Shown: positions 51,818-64,000 of the stretch, in pieces
How positions within the stretch are numbered: position 1 is the first letter of the stretch
Layout of the letters: each line of letters begins with the position of its first letter
NCBI RefSeq assembly: GCF_000009045.1
Contig: NC_000964.3
Coordinates: forward strand, 4,151,607 to 4,215,606
DNA: 64,000 nucleotides
Reading direction: 5' to 3'
Origin: Bacillus subtilis subsp. subtilis str. 168
GTDB taxonomy: Bacteria > Bacillota > Bacilli > Bacillales > Bacillaceae
Made by a program: the position numbers and the translations under genes
The notes under the pieces: model-generated
Databases searched by the model: none
What the model was told of the DNA's origin: nothing
Seen by the model: the letters and a program-made list of their open reading frames with translations, nothing else

Positions 51818-52834
51818 TTATTTCCATTTACTCAAAATAGGATATAAGAGCAGACAAACTAACAAATACAAATTGAGCATCCCATATATCGGATACAAGA
51901 ACGCGATCAAATCAGAAAATCCGAAAGAAGTAAAAGGTACCATTAACACTAACAAAATCAACACAATCATCCATCTCGGCATATGAATAAACGCCATCAG
52001 CCGGCTGGACAAACCCAGCAAACCAGCTACCGTCGTCGTGTAAATCGCCAGGCACAGCACCGCCGTCATACATAAAAAAAGGAAATAAGGCGCACCCTCC
52101 AGAACGGCAAACAGCGGTATTTCAAACTGAGAAAGGGAGCCCGCCAGCTCCACCAACGTTTCATTATAAACAAATGAGATCACGCCAAAAATAAGACCGC
52201 TTGCCACACTTGCGATTTTTGCTTCTCCGAGCCCTTTCATCTCTTTCCCAACAGAGGATAAAATCGCAACAACTGAAAGGATGTTTAAAGAGGTAAACGT
52301 AATGCTCGCAGGCCAGTTATACTGCTGGGACAAATCAATCGTCCACGTATGGTGATGTGTGCTCTGAAAGGAGATCAGCGCATATAAAAGCCCCGCTACT
52401 AACACAGGAATCAAAATACTATTTATAGATAATATTCCTTTCACATCCCACAAAAACAAGCACACTGTCACGATGCAAATCAGCGTGATTCCCCACCAGA
52501 AAGGAAGCTTGTACATTTGCAGGGTCACACCGCCTCCGGCAATCATCACCATAGTCGTCGAAAACAAATAAAAAATGATGAGGACATCATAAATTTTCGC
52601 CAGCCATGGCCCCATTAAATGCTCCAGAACCGGCAGAAAATGAGTGGATTGAACCTTAAAACTGATTTTCATCACAATATAAGACGAGAAAATGAACATA
52701 ATTGTAAACAGCACAATAGCAAGTCCGCTTTCCGCCCCAAAAAACTGCCATATCTCCTGACCGCTCGCATATCCGGCCCCGATCAGGCTCCCTAATATGA
52801 GCAGCATCCACTTCATTCCGGCTCTCCACAACAC
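51818..52834 (-). CDS. yyaD: YkvI-like membrane protein
   Basis: LIGAGYASGQEIWQFF; GTG 52834 after gaggtg. Confidence 0.85.
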   Translation of the reverse strand: MLWRAGMKWMLLILGSLIGAGYASGQEIWQFFGAESGLAIVLFTIMFIFSSYIVMKISFKVQSTHFLPVLEHLMGPWLAKIYDVLIIFYLFSTTMVMIAGGGVTLQMYKLPFWWGITLICIVTVCLFLWDVKGILSINSILIPVLVAGLLYALISFQSTHHHTWTIDLSQQYNWPASITFTSLNILSVVAILSSVGKEMKGLGEAKIASVASGLIFGVISFVYNETLVELAGSLSQFEIPLFAVLEGAPYFLFLCMTAVLCLAIYTTTVAGLLGLSSRLMAFIHMPRWMIVLILLVLMVPFTSFGFSDLIAFLYPIYGMLNLYLLVCLLLYPILSKWK

Positions 52835-53293
52835 TATCACCTCATAGACAAAGTTCAGCTTGTTCCCGTTATTGTTACTATATAAATAAAGGAAAGCAAA
52901 CATGCCATATTTTCATAGACATTTGAACACAAGCTGAAATTATCATACGAAATACACATAAAAAAGACTGCTAATACGGCAGTCTAAAAAGAGATATTTA
53001 TTTGTTTGTCCGCGGAATGAAGAAGTGAACTTCACTCTTCACTTTTTTCTAACCATTCCTACCTATTCAAGTGTTTCATAAGCAGACCATTGCTTGATCA
53101 TGATCGAGGCAATGGGGGACAATACTTGTAATCGCCCACTAACCATTCATATCATGCCCTCTACTTTTTTAAAATCTCTGGTGCCATACACAAAGCATAA
53201 AAAATCATACTGCTGGATATACTGTAAACAACCTTACATAACTACACACACCATAGCAATTCTGTTACCTACTATAACAAGGAAGTGAAACCC

Positions 53294-53911
53294 ATGAATC
53301 GAAAAGGCGGGCTTTTTTCTTCTCAGGAACGAGTAAAGCAATATGTTTCACATACAGATGCTGCAGCGGCAAAACAAATCCAAACCATCCTTTCTTCATC
53401 CTTACGTAAAGCTGCTGGCAAACCAATTGTCGTGGTTTGTATCGGAACAGACCGTTCAACCGGTGACTCATTAGGCCCGCTCGTAGGAATGAAACTCAAA
53501 CAGATGCAGCTCACCAGATTCCATGTCTACGGAACCTTATCTGACCCCGTCCATGCTGTGAACATGAAGGATAAAATCAATGACATTCATAAATTACATA
53601 AAAACCCATTTGTTATAGCAGTCGATGCATGCTTAGGCCGCGTTAAGAGTGTGGGTTCATTTCAAATCGGGGACGGGCCATTAAAGCCCGGAGCCGGTGT
53701 ACAAAAAGACCTTCCTGAAGTGGGAGATCTTCATATTAACGGAATCGTGAATGTGAGCGGTTTTATGGAATATTTTGTATTGCAAAATACTAGACTCAAC
53801 TTGGTCATGAATATGGCAAATGTTCTAGCGGAAGGTTTGAGTTTAACAGATCGGACAGAGTGGAGGCAAGAACGCCTTAACCCGTTGCAAAGGCTCACTG
53901 GGCGCATATAA
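53294..53911 (+). CDS. yyaC: Spore protease YyaC (GPR-like)
   Basis: CIGTDRSTGDSLGPLVG, IAVDACLG, LKPGAGV. Confidence 0.92.
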   Translation: MNRKGGLFSSQERVKQYVSHTDAAAAKQIQTILSSSLRKAAGKPIVVVCIGTDRSTGDSLGPLVGMKLKQMQLTRFHVYGTLSDPVHAVNMKDKINDIHKLHKNPFVIAVDACLGRVKSVGSFQIGDGPLKPGAGVQKDLPEVGDLHINGIVNVSGFMEYFVLQNTRLNLVMNMANVLAEGLSLTDRTEWRQERLNPLQRLTGRI

Positions 53912-53949
53912 AATAAAAACCATCTTCGTTTGAAAGATGGTTTTTTCAT

Positions 53950-54798
53950 TTATGATTCTCGTTCAGACAAAAGCTCTAAAATCCGGTCAAGGTCTTCATT
54001 AGAGAAAAATTCAATTTCGATTTTGCCTTTTTTCTTCTGTCTTTTAATATTAACTGTTGTTCCAAAATAATTTTGGAGATAGGATTCCCGTTCTTTTAGA
54101 ACCGCATCTTTCACAGGTTCTTTTTTCTTTGTTTCACGTGGAACATTCTGATTCAACTGCTGAATCAGCTGCTCAAGTTGGCGAACATTGAGCTGCTCCG
54201 CAATCACTTTTTGTACCAGCGGTTCAAGCTTATTTTTGTTTTTTAAGCCAAGAAGCGTGCGTCCATGTCCCATAGAAAGCGTGCCTTCGGCAATAAGCTG
54301 TTGAATATTTTCTGGCAGTGTCAGCAGTCTTAAATGATTCGCAATATGCGGTCTGCTTTTCCCAAGACGTTTGGCAAGCTGCTCTTGTGTGAGATCTAAG
54401 TGTTTCAAAAGGGAGTCATATGCCTGAGCCTCTTCAAGCGGAGATAAATCTTCACGCTGAAGGTTTTCTAATAAAGCAATTTCCCTCATTAACGCCTCTG
54501 ATAATTCACGGACAATGGCCGGAACTGTATCTAAACCTGCCAGCTTTGCCGCTCGAAAACGCCGTTCACCCGCAACAATATCATAGCCTTTTAAAGATTT
54601 TCTGACGATAAGCGGCTGAAGAATGCCATGCTGCAGCACAGATTCTTTTAGTTCAGCTAATGCCTCGTCATCAAAGTGTTTTCTTGGCTGATAAGGATTA
54701 GGGCGTAAATCGGCAATTTTAATTTCTTCAACTGTCTCTTCAGACAAATCTACCTGATTAAATAACGCATTAATCCCTTTTCCAAGGCCTTTAGCCAT
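53950..54798 (-). CDS. parB: ParB/Spo0J
   Basis: [32 protein letters not shown]. Confidence 0.99.
   Translation of the reverse strand: MAKGLGKGINALFNQVDLSEETVEEIKIADLRPNPYQPRKHFDDEALAELKESVLQHGILQPLIVRKSLKGYDIVAGERRFRAAKLAGLDTVPAIVRELSEALMREIALLENLQREDLSPLEEAQAYDSLLKHLDLTQEQLAKRLGKSRPHIANHLRLLTLPENIQQLIAEGTLSMGHGRTLLGLKNKNKLEPLVQKVIAEQLNVRQLEQLIQQLNQNVPRETKKKEPVKDAVLKERESYLQNYFGTTVNIKRQKKKGKIEIEFFSNEDLDRILELLSERES
54130..54145. promoter_or_regulatory. parS site inside spo0J
   Basis: tgtttcacgtggaaca = TGTTCCACGTGAAACA on the minus strand, exact consensus. Confidence 0.95.
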
Positions 54799-55552
54799 TC
54801 GCAGCCACTTCCTTTGCTAAATCTAAATATACTTCCGCACCTCTTGACCGCGGATCGTATAAAATGATGGGTTTTCCGTGACTCGGTGCCTCACTCAGAC
54901 GGACATTACGCGGAATAACTGTCTTATATACTTTATCCCTAAAATACTTTTTAACCTCTTCAATCACTTGAATGCCAAGGTTTGTCCGGGCATCAAGCAT
55001 TGTCAGCAATACACCTTCAATCATTAAATCAGTATTCAAATGCTTTTGCACAAGACGTACTGTATTTAATAACTGGCTGAGACCCTCCAAGGCATAATAT
55101 TCGCACTGTACAGGAATCACAACGGAATCCGAGGCAGTAAGGGCATTAATCGTCAGCAAGCCCAATGACGGCGGACAATCAATGATAATATAATCATAAT
55201 TTTGCTTTACTGCTTCAAGCGCTCTCTTCAATCTCACTTCTCTTGATATTGTAGGAACCAGCTCGATCTCAGCCCCTGCAAGCTGAATCGTCGCAGGAAT
55301 CACATCCAAGTTCTCTACTGTCGTTGCTTTAATAATATCTATTACATCTGCATCATCTACTAAAATATCGTACACACACTGCTCTACATCGGCTTTTTCA
55401 ATCCCTAATCCGCTTGTCGCATTTCCCTGCGGATCAATATCTACCAGCAGAACCCTTTTCCCTATGTAAGCCAAACATGCCCCAAGGTTGACAGACGTCG
55501 TTGTTTTGCCGACCCCGCCTTTTTGGTTCGTAATTGCTATGATTTTTCCCAC
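54791..55552 (-). CDS. parA: ParA/Soj ATPase
   Basis: [29 protein letters not shown]; GTG at 55552. Confidence 0.99.
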   Translation of the reverse strand: MGKIIAITNQKGGVGKTTTSVNLGACLAYIGKRVLLVDIDPQGNATSGLGIEKADVEQCVYDILVDDADVIDIIKATTVENLDVIPATIQLAGAEIELVPTISREVRLKRALEAVKQNYDYIIIDCPPSLGLLTINALTASDSVVIPVQCEYYALEGLSQLLNTVRLVQKHLNTDLMIEGVLLTMLDARTNLGIQVIEEVKKYFRDKVYKTVIPRNVRLSEAPSHGKPIILYDPRSRGAEVYLDLAKEVAANG

Positions 55553-55799
55553 GATGTCACCTACTTTCACATGAACATGTACTATCTTGCTTCTATTCTA
55601 TCAAAAAAAGATTAAAGCGTTTCATTTTTTTCATCATTTTGTTCCGAATCAGAAGGGAAATAATTGAAAATTCAAGCACGCTTTATGCTTTCTCTTATAA
55701 ATTCTGCAATTTCTATGTTTTTTTGACTTAAAAAAGGAATTTCTTAAAGAAAAAAAGAAGAAGTCACAGTACAGAACGTGGAAACAGGATGGTGAGAAA

Positions 55800-56240
55800 A
55801 TGGTTTATCAAACGAAGAGAGATGTACCCGTTACGCTGATGATTGTGTTTCTCATATTACTGATACAAGCAGATGCCATTGTTCCTTTTGTGCTGGGAAA
55901 TATGAGAGTTTCCGGCTGGATCATTTTTATTCTGCTGACTCTTTTAAATGGACTCATCATTTGGAGCTTTATTGACCTAAAATATGTATTGAAGGAACAC
56001 CATCTGATCATTAAAGCCGGATTGATCAAACATCAAATTCCTTATGAAAACATCGATAAAGTCGTTCAAAAAAAGAAACTATGGTCCGGTTTTCGTCTGA
56101 TCGGCTCTCGCCATGCCATCACAATATATTATCAGGGGGGATGGGGACATGCAGTAATTTCACCGCAAAAATCTGAAGAATTTATCCACAAGCTCAAAGA
56201 AAAGAATTCTAATATAATAATATTCACTAAAAGTAAGTGA
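55800..56240 (+). CDS. yyaB: Membrane protein with bacterial PH domain
   Basis: Two N-terminal TMs, IPYENIDKV, ISPQKSEEFI. Confidence 0.82.
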   Translation: MVYQTKRDVPVTLMIVFLILLIQADAIVPFVLGNMRVSGWIIFILLTLLNGLIIWSFIDLKYVLKEHHLIIKAGLIKHQIPYENIDKVVQKKKLWSGFRLIGSRHAITIYYQGGWGHAVISPQKSEEFIHKLKEKNSNIIIFTKSK

Positions 56241-56290
56241 TTACCTTTTGTTAAAAATATAAAAAGCTCTCCTGCTTTTCAGGAGAGCTT

Positions 56291-57142
56291 CTATTTTGGT
56301 ATGCGAATCGTTAATTGAATATATTCTTCAAATTCTTCTTCTTCCGTATTCAATTTTACACCGCTGTCTTCCACCATTGATAGTGACTGGCGAATCGTGT
56401 TCATCGCAATTCTTGTATCTCTGCTGAATGCTTTGCGTCTCGGCTTTGGCTTTCTCTGGCCTTGCTCCAGCATTTTCACCACGCGGTCTTCTGTCTGCTT
56501 TACATTTAAACTTTTCTCAATAATCTCTGTGAGCAGTGTGACTTGGAGCTCAGGCTGTTTCAGCGGAATCAGTGCTCTGGCATGGCGCTCGGTGATTTTC
56601 TTCTCCATAATCGCCTCTTGGACCGGCTGAGGCAGCTTTAATAACCGAAGCTTATTCGCGATTGTAGACTGCCCTTTTCCTAAGCGCTGTGCGAGTGCCT
56701 CCTGTGTTAAATCATGCAGCTCAAGCAGCCTAGCATAAGCATGCGCTTCCTCAATAGAAGACAGTTCTTCCCGCTGCAAGTTTTCGATTAACGCCACAGA
56801 AGCGGTTTCCGTGTCGGAAAAATCCTTAATAATTGCCGGAATCTTTTCCCACTCAAGCGATTGCACCGCTCTCCAGCGTCTTTCACCTGCAATGAGTTCG
56901 TATTGGCCTTCTTCTTCTGTATGCCTAACAACAATCGGCTGAATAATGCCGTGTGTATGAATGGTCATTGCTAACTCTTTGATTTTTTCATCTGAGAAAA
57001 TGGTGCGTGGCTGAAAACGGTTGGGAACGATAGCATTTACCGGTATTTCCAGAATCTCTTCTTTGTTTGTATCATGTTCAGCAATCTCCGGCTCCTGTTC
57101 CTTCTCACCAAGCCCGAAGAAACGAGAGAATGAATGCTTCAT
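56291..57142 (-). CDS. noc: Nucleoid occlusion protein Noc
   Basis: [12 protein letters not shown] amphipathic N-terminus plus ParB domain. Confidence 0.98.
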   Translation of the reverse strand: MKHSFSRFFGLGEKEQEPEIAEHDTNKEEILEIPVNAIVPNRFQPRTIFSDEKIKELAMTIHTHGIIQPIVVRHTEEEGQYELIAGERRWRAVQSLEWEKIPAIIKDFSDTETASVALIENLQREELSSIEEAHAYARLLELHDLTQEALAQRLGKGQSTIANKLRLLKLPQPVQEAIMEKKITERHARALIPLKQPELQVTLLTEIIEKSLNVKQTEDRVVKMLEQGQRKPKPRRKAFSRDTRIAMNTIRQSLSMVEDSGVKLNTEEEEFEEYIQLTIRIPK

Positions 57143-57263
57143 GTACCTACACCACCTTTAAAAACTGCCATTTTTATAATTCTATTTTCTCATGGTTTTT
57201 CCTGCTGTACATCCATCAATTTTGATGAAAATATGATGGTATTGTCATATCAGGCTGTCTAAA

Positions 57264-57983
57264 TTACCCTTCAATTGGCGATTTATTAGGAGTTCCCGGT
57301 TTTCTTGGATACTTCTTAGGTGTATTTTTTATTTTGCGTATCACCATAATATTACGATCGCTTTCTTCAATAGGCAGCTTAAAAGAATGGATATTCTCAA
57401 GTTCTCCTCCAAGCGTCGTGATTGCTTTTTTGCCTGCATTCAGTTCTTCTTCAGCTGATGCGGCTTTTAAAGCAACAAATAAACCGTTTTTCTTCACCAG
57501 AGGCAAGCAAAGCTCACTCAAAACAGATAATCTCGCAACTGCGCGCGCCGTCACAATATCATAGCTTTCACGCACGTCTTTCCGTTGCCCGAACGTTTCA
57601 GCTCTGTCATGGCAGAATGTTGTATTCTCCAATTGCAAAGCTTCAGACAACTTTTCTAAAAACGTAATCCGTTTGTTTAGTGAATCCACGATTGTGACAT
57701 GGAGGTGCGGAAAGCATATTTTTATCGGCAGACTTGGAAAACCCGCTCCCGCTCCAACATCACAAATCGTGTTCACCTGATTGAAGTCGACATAAAAAGC
57801 AGCTGTAATGGAATCATAAAAATGCTTTAAATACACTTCTTTTTTCTCTGTTATTGAAGTCAGATTGATTTTTTCGTTCCATTCAACCAGCATGTCGTAA
57901 TACAGCTCAAATTGCTCCAGCTGACGGGGAGAAAGGGAGATCCCTTTTTCCGCCAAACCAGAAGTGAATTCTTCAATATTCAT
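57264..57983 (-). CDS. rsmG: 16S rRNA m7G methyltransferase RsmG (GidB)
   Basis: [22 protein letters not shown]. Confidence 0.98.
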   Translation of the reverse strand: MNIEEFTSGLAEKGISLSPRQLEQFELYYDMLVEWNEKINLTSITEKKEVYLKHFYDSITAAFYVDFNQVNTICDVGAGAGFPSLPIKICFPHLHVTIVDSLNKRITFLEKLSEALQLENTTFCHDRAETFGQRKDVRESYDIVTARAVARLSVLSELCLPLVKKNGLFVALKAASAEEELNAGKKAITTLGGELENIHSFKLPIEESDRNIMVIRKIKNTPKKYPRKPGTPNKSPIEG

Positions 57984-57996
57984 GCCGTCATCCTTT

Positions 57997-59883
57997 CTAC
58001 TCGGCTATCTTCGCAATGCGTCCCTGCTCTAAATACACCAATAGAATTGAAATGTCCGCCGGGTTTACACCGGAAATGCGGGAAGCCTGGGCAACAGACA
58101 AAGGCCGTACATTTTTCAGTTTTTGACGCGCCTCGGTCGCAATCCCCTTAATTGCGTCATAATCAATTCGGTCTGGAATTTTTTTATTTTCCATCTTCTT
58201 CAGTTTTTCCACTTGCTGAAGAGATTTTTCAATATATCCTTCATATTTCACTTGGATTTCTACTTGTTCTGCCACGTCTTGAGGAACCGGCACTTCTGGC
58301 GGCGCCAGTTTTGTGACTGTTTCATAGTTCATTTCAGGACGTTTCATCAAGTCTGTGCCGCGAACTCCATCTTTCAATTCGCTTCCGCCAAGAGAACGGA
58401 TATATTCTTGATTTTCCGGAGACGGCTTGATAATTACAGAATGAAGACGTTTTTTCTCCGCCTCGATCGCCGCTTTTTTCTTCTCAAAAGCCGCATAGCG
58501 CTCATCAGAAATCAATCCAATGCGATGTCCGATTTCTGTCAGACGCAAATCAGCATTGTCATGGCGAAGCAGCAATCTGTATTCCGCACGTGATGTCAAA
58601 AGACGATATGGCTCATTGGTACCTTTTGTCACAAGGTCATCAATCAGAACACCAATATAGGCGTCAGAACGGCTTAGAATTACTTCTTCTTTTCCAAGCG
58701 CTTTTCGTCCTGCATTGATTCCCGCCATAATCCCTTGTCCCGCAGCTTCTTCATAACCGGATGTTCCGTTAATTTGGCCTGCAGTATAAAGGTTTGTGAT
58801 TTTTTTGGTTTCAAGTGTCGGCCATAGCTGTGTCGGTACGATTGCATCATACTCGATCGCATAGCCGGCTCTCATCATTTGCACGTTTTCAAGTCCAGGA
58901 ATCGTTGCAAGCATTCTTTGCTGTACGTCTTCTGGAAGACTTGTAGATAAACCTTGGACATAGACTTCCTGTGTATTTCTGCCTTCCGGCTCAAGGAAGA
59001 TTTGGTGACGCGGTTTATCATTAAAACGGACAACTTTGTCTTCAATGGATGGGCAGTATCTTGGGCCCGTACCTTTGATCATACCGGAATACATCGGTGA
59101 ACGGTGCAGGTTGCTGTCAATAATCTCATGTGTCTCAGGGCTTGTATATGTCAGCCAGCAAGGGAGCTGATCTGTGATATATTCCACTGTTTCATATGAG
59201 AAAGCGCGAGGCACATCGTCACCAGGCTGAATTTCCGTTTTGCTGTAATCAATCGTGTCGCTTTTAACGCGAGGCGGCGTACCTGTTTTAAAACGAACAA
59301 GGTCAAAACCGAGTTCCTCCAAATGCTCAGAAAGCTTAATAGAAGGCTGCTGGTTATTCGGGCCGCTTGAGTAAGACAGATCGCCAAGAATGATACGTCC
59401 TCTTAAATATGTCCCTGTCGTCATGACAACTGCTTTCGCACGATAATGTGCGCCTGTTTGTGTAATAACGCCTCGGCATTCGCCGTCTTCAACGATCAGC
59501 CGCTCCACAATTCCTTGCAGCAATGTTAAGTTTGGTTCTTTTTCAAGCGTATTTTTCATTTCGTGCTGATATTGGAATTTGTCTGCTTGCGCACGCAATG
59601 CACGAACCGCAGGACCTTTTCCTGTATTCAGCATTCTCATTTGAATATGTGTTTTATCGATGTTTCTTCCCATTTCTCCGCCGAGCGCGTCAATTTCGCG
59701 GACGACAATCCCTTTTGCGGGGCCGCCGACAGACGGATTACATGGCATAAATGCAACCATATCTAGGTTGATGGTCAAGACAAGCGTTTTGGCGCCTTGG
59801 CGTGCAGATGCGAGGGCAGCCTCAACACCGGCATGCCCGGCGCCAATCACAATCACATCGTATTGGCCTGCTTCATACCCCAT
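57997..59883 (-). CDS. mnmG: tRNA modification enzyme MnmG (GidA)
   Basis: [42 protein letters not shown]. Confidence 0.99.
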   Translation of the reverse strand: MGYEAGQYDVIVIGAGHAGVEAALASARQGAKTLVLTINLDMVAFMPCNPSVGGPAKGIVVREIDALGGEMGRNIDKTHIQMRMLNTGKGPAVRALRAQADKFQYQHEMKNTLEKEPNLTLLQGIVERLIVEDGECRGVITQTGAHYRAKAVVMTTGTYLRGRIILGDLSYSSGPNNQQPSIKLSEHLEELGFDLVRFKTGTPPRVKSDTIDYSKTEIQPGDDVPRAFSYETVEYITDQLPCWLTYTSPETHEIIDSNLHRSPMYSGMIKGTGPRYCPSIEDKVVRFNDKPRHQIFLEPEGRNTQEVYVQGLSTSLPEDVQQRMLATIPGLENVQMMRAGYAIEYDAIVPTQLWPTLETKKITNLYTAGQINGTSGYEEAAGQGIMAGINAGRKALGKEEVILSRSDAYIGVLIDDLVTKGTNEPYRLLTSRAEYRLLLRHDNADLRLTEIGHRIGLISDERYAAFEKKKAAIEAEKKRLHSVIIKPSPENQEYIRSLGGSELKDGVRGTDLMKRPEMNYETVTKLAPPEVPVPQDVAEQVEIQVKYEGYIEKSLQQVEKLKKMENKKIPDRIDYDAIKGIATEARQKLKNVRPLSVAQASRISGVNPADISILLVYLEQGRIAKIAE

Positions 59884-59903
59884 GATTCTAGTTCCTCCTT
59901 TAA

Positions 59904-61283
59904 TTATTTTCCTAAACAGAATTGAGAAAAGAGCTGATCAATTAAGCTTTCGTGGACAGAATCTCCAATGATTTCCCCTAAAAGCTCCCAGCATCTTGTA
60001 AGGTCAATTTGCACCATGTCGATCGGGACATCCTGTTCGATGCCGCTAAGCGCATCTTCAATGGCGCGTTTTGCTTGCTGTAAAATAGTGATGTGACGTG
60101 TGTTGCTGACATAAGTCAGATCACCGCTTTCAATGGCACCCGTGTAGAACAGTGATTGAATCGCTTCTTCCAGATCATTGATGCCTTCCTCTTTTAAAAG
60201 AGATGTCGTAACAACTGGACGTCCATTGGCAAGCTCACGGACACGTTCAGTGTCAATCTTCGGCTCAAGGTCAGTCTTATTCAAAATCACGATAACATCC
60301 ATGCCCTCAACGGCTTCAAAAAGCTTCACGTCTTCTTCAGAAAGCTCTTCACTATAATTAAGCACAAGTAAAATCAGGTCCGCTTCCTTTAGGACCTGGC
60401 GAGAACGTTCAACACCGATTCGCTCAACAATATCCTCTGTTTCACGAATACCTGCTGTATCAACCAGACGAAGCGGAACGCCCCTTACATTCACGTATTC
60501 CTCAATCACATCCCGTGTCGTTCCGGGAATATCGGTTACAATGGCTTTTGCCTCATGAACGAGGCTGTTCAGAAGAGATGATTTTCCTACGTTTGGCCGG
60601 CCGATAATGACGGTAGAAAGACCTTCACGCAAGATTTTTCCTTGCTCAGAAGTCCTCAGCAGCGTCTCAATTTCCTTTTTCACGGCGGTTGCCTTTTCGA
60701 CTAAAATCTGATGCGTCATTTCCTCTACATCATCATACTCCGGATAATCAATATTCACCTCAACATGGGCCAGTGTTTCTAAAATCTCACTGCGCAAACG
60801 GCGCACCAAAGCAGAAAGACGCCCTTCCATTTGATTCATAGCAACGTTCATTGCCCGGTCCGTTTTCGCTCTGATTAAGTCCATAACCGCTTCCGCCTGT
60901 GAAAGATCGATTCGGCCGTTTAAAAACGCACGTTTCGTAAATTCACCAGGCTCTGCCAGTCTCGCTCCCTCTCTCAATGCAAGCTGAAGCACTTGGTTCA
61001 CAGTCACAATTCCCCCGTGACAGTTAATCTCGATGACATCTTCTCGTGTAAAAGTTCTCGGCGCTTTTAACACTGATACCATTACTTCCTCAACGACACG
61101 ATCCGAAGGTCTGTCTACGATATGACCATAATGAATCGTATGTGATTCGACCGAGCTGAGTGTTTTCCCCTTCGGTCCCTTATAAATTTTATCTGCGATT
61201 TGAATGGCTTCTGGTCCGCTCAACCGTACAATCGCAATCGCGCCTTCTCCCATCGGTGTGGAAATTGCCGCAATTGTATCCAT
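59904..61283 (-). CDS. mnmE: tRNA modification GTPase MnmE (TrmE)
   Basis: [29 protein letters not shown]. Confidence 0.99.
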   Translation of the reverse strand: MDTIAAISTPMGEGAIAIVRLSGPEAIQIADKIYKGPKGKTLSSVESHTIHYGHIVDRPSDRVVEEVMVSVLKAPRTFTREDVIEINCHGGIVTVNQVLQLALREGARLAEPGEFTKRAFLNGRIDLSQAEAVMDLIRAKTDRAMNVAMNQMEGRLSALVRRLRSEILETLAHVEVNIDYPEYDDVEEMTHQILVEKATAVKKEIETLLRTSEQGKILREGLSTVIIGRPNVGKSSLLNSLVHEAKAIVTDIPGTTRDVIEEYVNVRGVPLRLVDTAGIRETEDIVERIGVERSRQVLKEADLILLVLNYSEELSEEDVKLFEAVEGMDVIVILNKTDLEPKIDTERVRELANGRPVVTTSLLKEEGINDLEEAIQSLFYTGAIESGDLTYVSNTRHITILQQAKRAIEDALSGIEQDVPIDMVQIDLTRCWELLGEIIGDSVHESLIDQLFSQFCLGK

Positions 61284-61382
61284 GTTGTTCACCTCTCTTT
61301 ACTTATACTTCATCTATATAAAAAAATTTTTATTATGCCAAAACTAAAAGATAACATAGTTTGGTTCGAAGTGGAAGATTTG

Positions 61383-61440
61383 TTATCCACAGAAATAGAA
61401 ATTCGTCCCTTATTACTTTAACTTATCCACATGTGAATAA
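61383..61440. promoter_or_regulatory. DnaA-box cluster in the mnmE-jag intergenic region
   Basis: ttatccaca (61383), ttatccaca (61423), tgtgaataa (61432). Confidence 0.85.
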
Positions 61441-61593
61441 CAATTAATTTTATTTCCTGAACTTCCTTTTTATCAACAGGATACACCTAAAAAGAAAAAA
61501 CTTAAACGGCAAAACCTTGATATTACTAGGAAAAGTAGATTTTTCGGATACAAAAAAACCGAAATCCAATTTTTATCGGACTTCGGTTTTATG

Positions 61594-62220
61594 CTATCTT
61601 TTATGGGAAATAACGAGATGACGATTTTCGCCTTCACCCATTGAATATGTTTTGATCTGGTGGTTTGCATATCCAGAAAGAGTATCGTGAATAATTTTTC
61701 TTTCGCTGGACGGCATGGGCTCAAGCTGGATGGATTTTTTCGTTTTCAAAACCTGGTCAGCAAGCTTGATGGCCAGCTGGCTCAGTGTTTCTTTTCTTTT
61801 CAAACGATAGTTTTCTGCATCCACCGTCACATTTTTATATTGGCCTGGATAACGGTTAAGGGCAAGCTGTGTCAAAGTTTCAAGGGCGTTTAAAGTTTGT
61901 CCTCTTTTCCCAATCAACAATGCTGCCTTTTCACCTGTTATATGATATCTCACTGTCTTTTTGCTTTCTTGAACAGTCACATCAGACTTCCCGGCAATGG
62001 CTTCGGCAATCGTTTGAAGATATAACTTCGCTTGCTGAATCGGATCAATCTTTTCAACCAGCTTTACGATCGCAGGCTTTTTACCGAAAATACCGAGAAA
62101 CCCTTTGTTTCCCTCTTCAATAACAGTAATTTCTACCTTATCCTTCGTTAATCCCAACTCTTGCAATCCGGACTGTACTGCTTCATCGACATTTCGCCCT
62201 GCAGCAGTCACATTCCTCAC
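61594..62220 (-). CDS. jag: Jag/KhpB RNA-binding protein
   Basis: Jag_N, KH (IGKRGQTL), R3H (ERKIIH). Confidence 0.96.
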   Translation of the reverse strand: MRNVTAAGRNVDEAVQSGLQELGLTKDKVEITVIEEGNKGFLGIFGKKPAIVKLVEKIDPIQQAKLYLQTIAEAIAGKSDVTVQESKKTVRYHITGEKAALLIGKRGQTLNALETLTQLALNRYPGQYKNVTVDAENYRLKRKETLSQLAIKLADQVLKTKKSIQLEPMPSSERKIIHDTLSGYANHQIKTYSMGEGENRHLVISHKR

Positions 62221-63002
62221 TTTTTCTTTCCTCCGGCTTTTTGCGGCTCAGGATTTTTTTTAATATCAGGTCCTTTAATGAGGAAAGTTTGCGCAATCAT
62301 AAACAAGTTACCAACTACCCAATAAAGAGAAAGAGCCGCCGGGAAGTTGATCGCAAATACGATAATCATAATTGGCATAATCCAAAGCATCATCGCCATT
62401 TGCGGATTTTGCTGCGCATTGCCAGCCATCATCAGTTTTTGCTGAACAAATGTAGCGACACCGGCAACGATAGGAAGAATATAGTAAGGATCTTTTTCTC
62501 CTAAGTCAAACCATAAGAAGCTATGCTCTGAAATCGCCTGGGTTCTCATGATCGCATGATAGAATCCAATTAAAATCGGCATCTGGATCAAAATCGGGAA
62601 ACATCCCGCCAATGGATTGACACCATGCTTTTGGAATAAAGCCATTGTTTCCTGTTGAAGCTTTTGCTGCGTTTTTTGATCCTTTGAGCTGTATTTTTCT
62701 TTAAGCTTTTGCATTTCCGGCTGTAAAGCCTGCATCGCTTTCGAACTTCTCAGCTGCTTAATCATCAGCGGTAAAATTAATAAACGAATTAAAATGGTAA
62801 CTAGAATAATTGAAAGCCCGTAGTTATCTCCCGTCAATTTCGCTACATACGTAATGAGCTCAGACAATGGATATACTACGTACTTGTCCCAGAAATGCGG
62901 ACTATCTGCAGTGATCGGCTCTTTCACACTCGAGCATCCAGCCAAAAGCATGAATACGCCAACCATACTTAATAGCAACCCTATTCTCCTTTTCAACAAC
63001 AT
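62217..63002 (-). CDS. spoIIIJ: YidC-family membrane insertase SpoIIIJ (lipoprotein)
   Basis: Lipobox [26 protein letters not shown]. Confidence 0.98.
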   Translation of the reverse strand: MLLKRRIGLLLSMVGVFMLLAGCSSVKEPITADSPHFWDKYVVYPLSELITYVAKLTGDNYGLSIILVTILIRLLILPLMIKQLRSSKAMQALQPEMQKLKEKYSSKDQKTQQKLQQETMALFQKHGVNPLAGCFPILIQMPILIGFYHAIMRTQAISEHSFLWFDLGEKDPYYILPIVAGVATFVQQKLMMAGNAQQNPQMAMMLWIMPIMIIVFAINFPAALSLYWVVGNLFMIAQTFLIKGPDIKKNPEPQKAGGKKK

Positions 63003-63146
63003 TTCCTCCTATAATTAATCTTTACACTCTTTTATTGCAAAGCATACTTGTATGTATTTTAGCATCTTTCAGTTTTAAATGGTGTCTTTTTCTGATCAAC
63101 CAGAAAGGAAGCGCTTTTAAAAGTTGTAAGAAAGCAGTGGTGATGC

Positions 63147-63506
63147 CTACTTTGACGAAGATTTCTTATATAATGAAGACTTTCTGAATAGATGCTGCAG
63201 ACTTTTTTTCGTTTCCTCATATGTCAGCTGGCTCGCCGGTTTTCTGGCAATAATGATGTAATCCTTTTCCTTCAGTCTCTCTTTCTCTTCAAGAAAGGCC
63301 TGCCGAATCAAACGTTTGATCCGATTTCGCATCACAGCATTGCCAATTTTTTTGCTGACGGAAAGCCCGACACGCAGTTCATCATTTTCAGGCTGATCAA
63401 GCGTATATAAGACAAACTGGCGGTTTGCAACTGATGTCCCATGTTTAAACACTTTTTGAAAATCTTCATTTTTCTTTAAACGATTTCGCTTCTTCAAATG
63501 ACTCAC
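63147..63506 (-). CDS. rnpA: RNase P protein subunit (alternative start 63497)
   Basis: [21 protein letters not shown]. Confidence 0.98.
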
Positions 63507-63619
63507 TCCGATACTGGCTGGCAGAAACTTTTAAAATTTATTATGAACATGAGATGCATCTGAACCAGGAAGCATGCCCCGGTTCATTACGCATCACATC
63601 TATCTTTTCCCATAACGTG

Positions 63620-63648
63620 AAAAAAGACCACTGACATTATTCAGTGGC

Positions 63649-63650
<2 letters not shown>
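63620..63650 (-). terminator. Hairpin after rpmH
   Basis: ccactga-catta-ttcagtgg with U-run on the minus strand. Confidence 0.65.

Positions 63651-64000
<350 letters not shown>

Noticed and set aside
53094-53288. 64-aa ORF or possible sRNA between yyaD and yyaC
   Set aside because: No RBS, motif or convincing structure beyond an isolated hairpin.
55563-55577. parS-like actttcacatgaaca at the soj start
   Set aside because: Needs a gap and several mismatches against the 16-bp consensus.
56182-56190. Single perfect DnaA box in yyaB
   Set aside because: An isolated 9-mer inside a CDS; expected by chance in 64 kb.

Overview
This window is the origin-proximal end of a Bacillus subtilis (168-like) chromosome. 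It runs from a partial walH, walK-walR, the trnY tRNA cluster, purA, dnaC, rplI-gdpP, cotF and ppaC through the yyb/yya accessory region to rpsF-ssbA-rpsR, ychF, soj-spo0J, noc, rsmG-mnmG-mnmE, jag-spoIIIJ-rnpA-rpmH and the edge of oriC. Gene names are recognised from the protein translations; no database search was run. Three parS sites, a DnaA-box cluster, a yybP-ykoY (Mn2+) riboswitch, the tet(L) leader peptide and a MerR-type promoter are visible. The strongest structure the gene list does not explain is two arrays of displaced gene ends. (i) The 5' end of yyaL (promoter, RBS and up to ~57 codons) occurs four times (34263, 35796, 37786, 39578), decaying with distance from the intact gene and separating cassettes yyaQ-yyaP, tet(L) and yyaN-yyaM. 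(ii) The 3' end of yybO occurs three times (19514, 20248, 25076), bracketing a yybH 5' duplicate and an AT-rich island with an IS1182 relic and yybNMLKJ. The copies that can be aligned codon by codon differ from the intact genes mostly at synonymous sites, so they look like imported functional alleles rather than local duplicates. No integrase is encoded in the window. Novelty against the literature could not be checked.
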